Source: Gemmatimonadota bacterium (GTDB taxonomy: Bacteria > Gemmatimonadota > Gemmatimonadetes > Longimicrobiales > RSA9). Taken from it: a DNA stretch of 64,000 bases. Where the stretch lies: positions 1-64,000 of the forward strand of contig JBBDRO010000080.1 of NCBI GenBank assembly GCA_040905425.1. Direction: 5' to 3'. The position numbers and the translations under genes are program-made. This document shows positions 60,253 to 64,000 of this stretch, piece after piece; positions within the stretch are counted from its first letter, which is position 1, and every line of letters starts with the position of its first letter. The notes beneath the pieces are model-generated. The model had not been told where the DNA came from, did no database searches, and saw only the letters and a program-made list of their open reading frames with translations.

Positions 60253-61290
60253 CTACCGCGCCCGGAGGGCAAGGCCCACGGGCAGCATGAGCATCGGGGC
60301 GAACTGGTCCACCGGCACCGATTCCATGACTTCCGGCCGTACCGGGACGCGCTGCAGCGGGTTGGCCATCTCCGTGCGCACGTTGAGCCGTCCGCCGAGC
60401 GCCTCCGCCATGCCACCCACGCTCGAGCCGCCGCCGGAGAGGAAGATCCGGCCGATGCCCTCGCCCCCGGACTGGGCCAGCACGAAGGCCGCGGCGCGCT
60501 CGATCCCCACCGCCAGCTCGTCCACGCGGTCCTCCACCATGTCCCGCAGTTCGCGGGCGTCACCCTTCCCCTGCAGGAAGTCCTCGGCGCCGTCCGCGGT
60601 CATGCCGCGCTCGCGCTGCAGGGCTTCACGCAGCCGCCGGGAGCCGAAGGGGATGTCACGTACCAGGATGGGGACACCGTTCTCGAGGAGATTCACGTTG
60701 GTGGTCTCGTGGCCCACGTTCACCAGCCCCACCAGACCCTCGGAGGCATCCGGATAATTGCGCTGGAAGGCGTTGTGCAGCGCGAAGGCGTCCACGTCGA
60801 TGATCACCGGATCCAGTCCCGCGTCCGCCAGCAGGCTCATCCGGTTCTCGATGAGCTCGCGCTTGGCGGCCACGAGCAGCACGGCCATCTGCGGCCCCGA
60901 TCCGGCCTCGTCCAGGATCTGGAAGTCGAGCTGCACGTTCTCCATGTCGAAGGGCACGTGCTGCTCCGCCTCCCAACGGATCACCTCGCGGGCGTCGGCC
61001 TCGCTCATGCGATCCATCTGGATCTTCTTGATGATGACGTCGTGGCCACCCACGGCCGCCACCACCTGCCTTTTCTTGAGGCCACTGCTGTCCACCACCG
61101 CGCGCACCGTTTCCGCCACGAGGACGGGGTCCATGACCTCGCCTTCCACGATGGCGTCCGGTACGAGCGGACTGGTAGCTATCTGGACGATCTCGGGCTC
61201 CGCCTTGCTGTGGTCGATGACCACGAGCTTGACGAAGCCGCTGCCGATGTCCAGACCAGCAGACACCTTGCTACGGCCAAAGAGTCCCAT
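60253..61290 (-). CDS. pilM: Type IV pilus assembly protein PilM
   Basis: GLDIGS, EAEQHVPF, D.DAFAL, LSGG; actin-like fold. Confidence 0.95.
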   Translation of the reverse strand: MGLFGRSKVSAGLDIGSGFVKLVVIDHSKAEPEIVQIATSPLVPDAIVEGEVMDPVLVAETVRAVVDSSGLKKRQVVAAVGGHDVIIKKIQMDRMSEADAREVIRWEAEQHVPFDMENVQLDFQILDEAGSGPQMAVLLVAAKRELIENRMSLLADAGLDPVIIDVDAFALHNAFQRNYPDASEGLVGLVNVGHETTNVNLLENGVPILVRDIPFGSRRLREALQRERGMTADGAEDFLQGKGDARELRDMVEDRVDELAVGIERAAAFVLAQSGGEGIGRIFLSGGGSSVGGMAEALGGRLNVRTEMANPLQRVPVRPEVMESVPVDQFAPMLMLPVGLALRAR

Positions 61291-61345
61291 TCAGCGGACC
61301 TGGCTAATTGTAGGGGGGGGAGGCCCTATCAGGTATGATGTACCA

Positions 61346-61374
61346 AGGGTATGCGGCATCTGATGCGCTGTCAA
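61346..61374 (-). promoter_or_regulatory. Putative sigma70 promoter of pilMNOPQ
   Basis: Minus strand TTGACA-17 bp-TACCCT. Confidence 0.6.
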
Positions 61375-61499
61375 GGACTTTCTGCTTCTTGCATGCACGG
61401 CGCGACTGTGCGGACACCCACCTTCCGGTGTCGCCACGCCCATCTGCGCGCTTGTTCGCCAACGTGCGTTCATGCCCATGTCGCGTCCGTTCAGCCCTT

Positions 61500-61979
61500 T
61501 CAGTGCCCGTCTCGGGAGCCGCCTGGATCCGCCACGCAGTCGGCGGCTGCCGCCGCCGGCGGTGGCGGTCTGACGCCCGCCAGATCCCAGTCCATGCGGG
61601 CCGTGCAGCGACCCGTGGGTGCCCCTTCGAGTTCCGCCGTGGCAGCCAGGAACACCCGCGCGTCCGCGGTCCTGGCCCGCACCGTGAAGCTGCCGCGCGT
61701 CCCATCCAGCGTAGCGACGGTGGCCTGCATCAGGATCGTGTCCGACCCTTCCACGAGGCCCTGCAGCATGACCTGGTCGGCCGTGGCGAGCACGAGCTCC
61801 AGGCCCGAGCGCGCGATTGCGGCGGCCTCCGCGCGCGCGGCGGCCTCCGAACGGTCCGGCGCCGGCCGGTCCGCGGAAGCATAGAAGCCGCCCGTGAGGG
61901 CGGCTCCCACGAACATGACCACGAAGAGCGTGGCCAGCAGGGTGAGACTACCCCTGAAGCGAGCGAGTCCGCTGCGCAT
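61500..61979 (-). CDS. Small pilin-like/PilX-like protein
   Basis: RFRG|SLTLL prepilin-like leader, hydrophobic helix, A...ARSGLE. Confidence 0.5.
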   Translation of the reverse strand: MRSGLARFRGSLTLLATLFVVMFVGAALTGGFYASADRPAPDRSEAAARAEAAAIARSGLELVLATADQVMLQGLVEGSDTILMQATVATLDGTRGSFTVRARTADARVFLAATAELEGAPTGRCTARMDWDLAGVRPPPPAAAAADCVADPGGSRDGH

Positions 61980-62000
61980 GGCTCCTCGTGATCACATTGC

Positions 62001-63152
62001 TCACCATACGTTCCAGTTGTCGACCCAGGCGTTGGGGTAGGCGCGCATGTTGCCCATGGCGGCGGAGGCGGCCGCCAGATCGCAGGAGTCGTACTGGAAG
62101 GTCTTGGTGCCGTTGCCCACGTCCCCCGTTGGGGCGTCGTACCCCAGCTTTTCATTGAGTCCGCTCACGGTGGCGCCGGTCACGGTGTTGTTGCCGTTGG
62201 AGGTGAGCCCGTGTCCCACGAGGAGGATCCCCTGCCACTGCTTGCCACCGCTGATCGTCATGTTGCCGTGGACGATCAGCGTACCGCGTCCGCTGTTCGG
62301 CAGGCTGAAGTTCCAGGTCGGCGTACCCGTGTCGTAATTGAAGTTGCGGATCTCGATCACCGGCCAGTAATCCGGATTGGCGTTGAAGAAGCCCGCGCTG
62401 GGAAAGAGCGTGCCCACCTGGCCCGACGTCGAGATGACGATGTCGGGCTGGATCAGGCCGTCGTTCACGATGCCGTCCCAGTCGATGTTGATGGCCTCGG
62501 CCATCTCCTCCTCGGTACCCATGTAGTCGATCCCCGGATCACCCTGGGGAATATCGGCGCCGCCGTTCTGATCGTAACCTCCGTCGGGAACGGCCACTCC
62601 CGCCAGGTCCGCCTCCTCCCCGCAGTTGTCCTCACCCGAGAGGGTTCCCGCGACACCCTTCTTTTTGAGGCCCGTCAGACTGGTCCAACCAGACTTCACA
62701 TCCAGCGTCATGGCTCCCCAATAGCCGATCTGCGCCACCGTGTGCTCGCCGCCACCCGTGCGGGCCATCTGGCTGCGTACGGTCCGGCCCGTGGAACGGA
62801 TGACGTAGAGCGGCGGATCGTCCCCGATGGCGGGGCGCAGCTGGCGCGCCTCGATCTCGGCCGTTCCTCCGGGCAGATTCAGGGTAGCGGTCTCCACCGC
62901 CGGCGGAGGCGCCACGGTCAGGCCGAGCGAAGCGCGGTCCGACAGGTAGCGTTCCAGGCCCGTCTGGGCGAGCGCGAGGGCGTCCACCTGGTTGCCCTGG
63001 TCGAACTGCACCTGCTGCTCGTTGGTGACGCGCACGAAGGCCGCCGTGATGCCGGCCGTCAGCACGCCGATCACCAGGATGGCCATGGGCAGCGCGAAGC
63101 CCTCGCGCCGGGCCTGCAGGACGCCACGAAGAGACGCTGGTCGGTAGGTCAT
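62001..63152 (-). CDS. PilX/GspK-like minor pilin
   Basis: RREG|FALPM (no Glu5), ALALAQTGLE, IRSTG. Confidence 0.75.
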   Translation of the reverse strand: MTYRPASLRGVLQARREGFALPMAILVIGVLTAGITAAFVRVTNEQQVQFDQGNQVDALALAQTGLERYLSDRASLGLTVAPPPAVETATLNLPGGTAEIEARQLRPAIGDDPPLYVIRSTGRTVRSQMARTGGGEHTVAQIGYWGAMTLDVKSGWTSLTGLKKKGVAGTLSGEDNCGEEADLAGVAVPDGGYDQNGGADIPQGDPGIDYMGTEEEMAEAINIDWDGIVNDGLIQPDIVISTSGQVGTLFPSAGFFNANPDYWPVIEIRNFNYDTGTPTWNFSLPNSGRGTLIVHGNMTISGGKQWQGILLVGHGLTSNGNNTVTGATVSGLNEKLGYDAPTGDVGNGTKTFQYDSCDLAAASAAMGNMRAYPNAWVDNWNVW

Positions 63153-63163
63153 GGGGTGCTCCA

Positions 63164-63991
63164 TCAGTCGATCCGGTTCTTGAAGAAGACGGCCGTGGTG
63201 GTGTACTGCTTCTCCCGGTCGCCCGGTGCGCCGAACTCGTTCGTGCTGGTAAGCACGAGCTCGAGGCCGGTGATCATGTCGTAGGACGCGGGCACGGCGT
63301 CCTGCGCCGTGGCGCCGTCATTCACGAAGAAGCGGAAGCGCGCCGTGTTGTCGAAGGGCGCCACCACCTCCTCGTAGGTGTACCCGCCGTAGTCGTAGCG
63401 ATACAGCGCCCGTCCGCCCGGAACGCTGGTTGAAGCGCCGAACCAGTAGATGACGTGATGCGTCAGGAAGAACGGCGCACCGATGGGTGCCGCCGCCGCC
63501 CCGGGCGTGAGCGTGACGTAGCGGCCGCCCGGGGGCGCCGTGATGCTCTCGCCGGCGCAGGCCGCGGCCGTGACCTCCGTGCGGCCCACACCCCAGTCAT
63601 CGTAGGTGTAATTGCCGTCCGCGTCCCGCCAGGCGTAGCCGGTGATCCCGGAGGTGGCGTACATGACCGAATCCATGGGCAGGAGCGCCACCGTGGTGCT
63701 GGCCGAGGAGGTGGCGCAGACCACGCCGATGGCAAAGGGCGCGCGGATACCGATGAGATTGCTCCACGCGTACCAGATGCCGCCGGTCTGCTCGAGCATG
63801 CGCATCTCGGAGAACACCATGTTCAGCGCGCCCCGGGAGACGGCGCGGGCGTTGGACATCCCCTCCTGGCGGTTGAAGAAGCGCTGCTGCTTGACCAGGA
63901 GATTGGTCAGCGCCGTGCCCACCACGGCCGTGACCACCAGGGTCACGAGCAGCTCTACCAGCGAGAAGCCTCGACGATTGTGCGCTCTCAT
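63164..63991 (-). CDS. PilW-like minor pilin with N-terminal methylation site
   Basis: RRG|FSLVELLV class III signal; SEMRM. Confidence 0.85.
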   Translation of the reverse strand: MRAHNRRGFSLVELLVTLVVTAVVGTALTNLLVKQQRFFNRQEGMSNARAVSRGALNMVFSEMRMLEQTGGIWYAWSNLIGIRAPFAIGVVCATSSASTTVALLPMDSVMYATSGITGYAWRDADGNYTYDDWGVGRTEVTAAACAGESITAPPGGRYVTLTPGAAAAPIGAPFFLTHHVIYWFGASTSVPGGRALYRYDYGGYTYEEVVAPFDNTARFRFFVNDGATAQDAVPASYDMITGLELVLTSTNEFGAPGDREKQYTTTAVFFKNRID

Positions 63992-64000
63992 GTGCTCAAG

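Overview
High-GC bacterial chromosomal segment. Gene content and protein families suggest Gemmatimonadota (Longimicrobiales-like); this is an inference, not a database result. Left third (accessory): probable dnaK 3' end, several secreted proteins (VPS10/BNR propeller, CBM9/DUF5916, TPR, 6-bladed propeller), a TetR divergon, a Tat-exported copper nitrite reductase, a PAS histidine kinase, a complementary pair of DUF885 genes, an internally deleted SDR, and a P-type ATPase with two USP genes. Middle: degP, tRNA-Leu(TAG)-tig-clpP-clpX-engB, and a small islet (M20 peptidase remnant, beta-propeller gene, IS1202-like end) bracketed by a diverged duplicate of the 3' end of a sigma-54 activator. Right half (mostly minus strand): minor pilins, pilMNOPQ, a 1406-aa Ig-repeat/beta-propeller lipoprotein, aroC-aroK-topA-trmFO-xerC-hslVU, argF-gcvT-moaB. 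The most notable unexplained signals are: (i) the giant lipoprotein downstream of pilQ, dense in D-S/T-hydrophobic motifs; (ii) two integrase-free insertions each flanked by a diverged copy of a neighbouring gene end; (iii) a ~110-bp three-hairpin intergenic repeat family; (iv) the split DUF885 pair. All functional calls come from motif recognition by eye.
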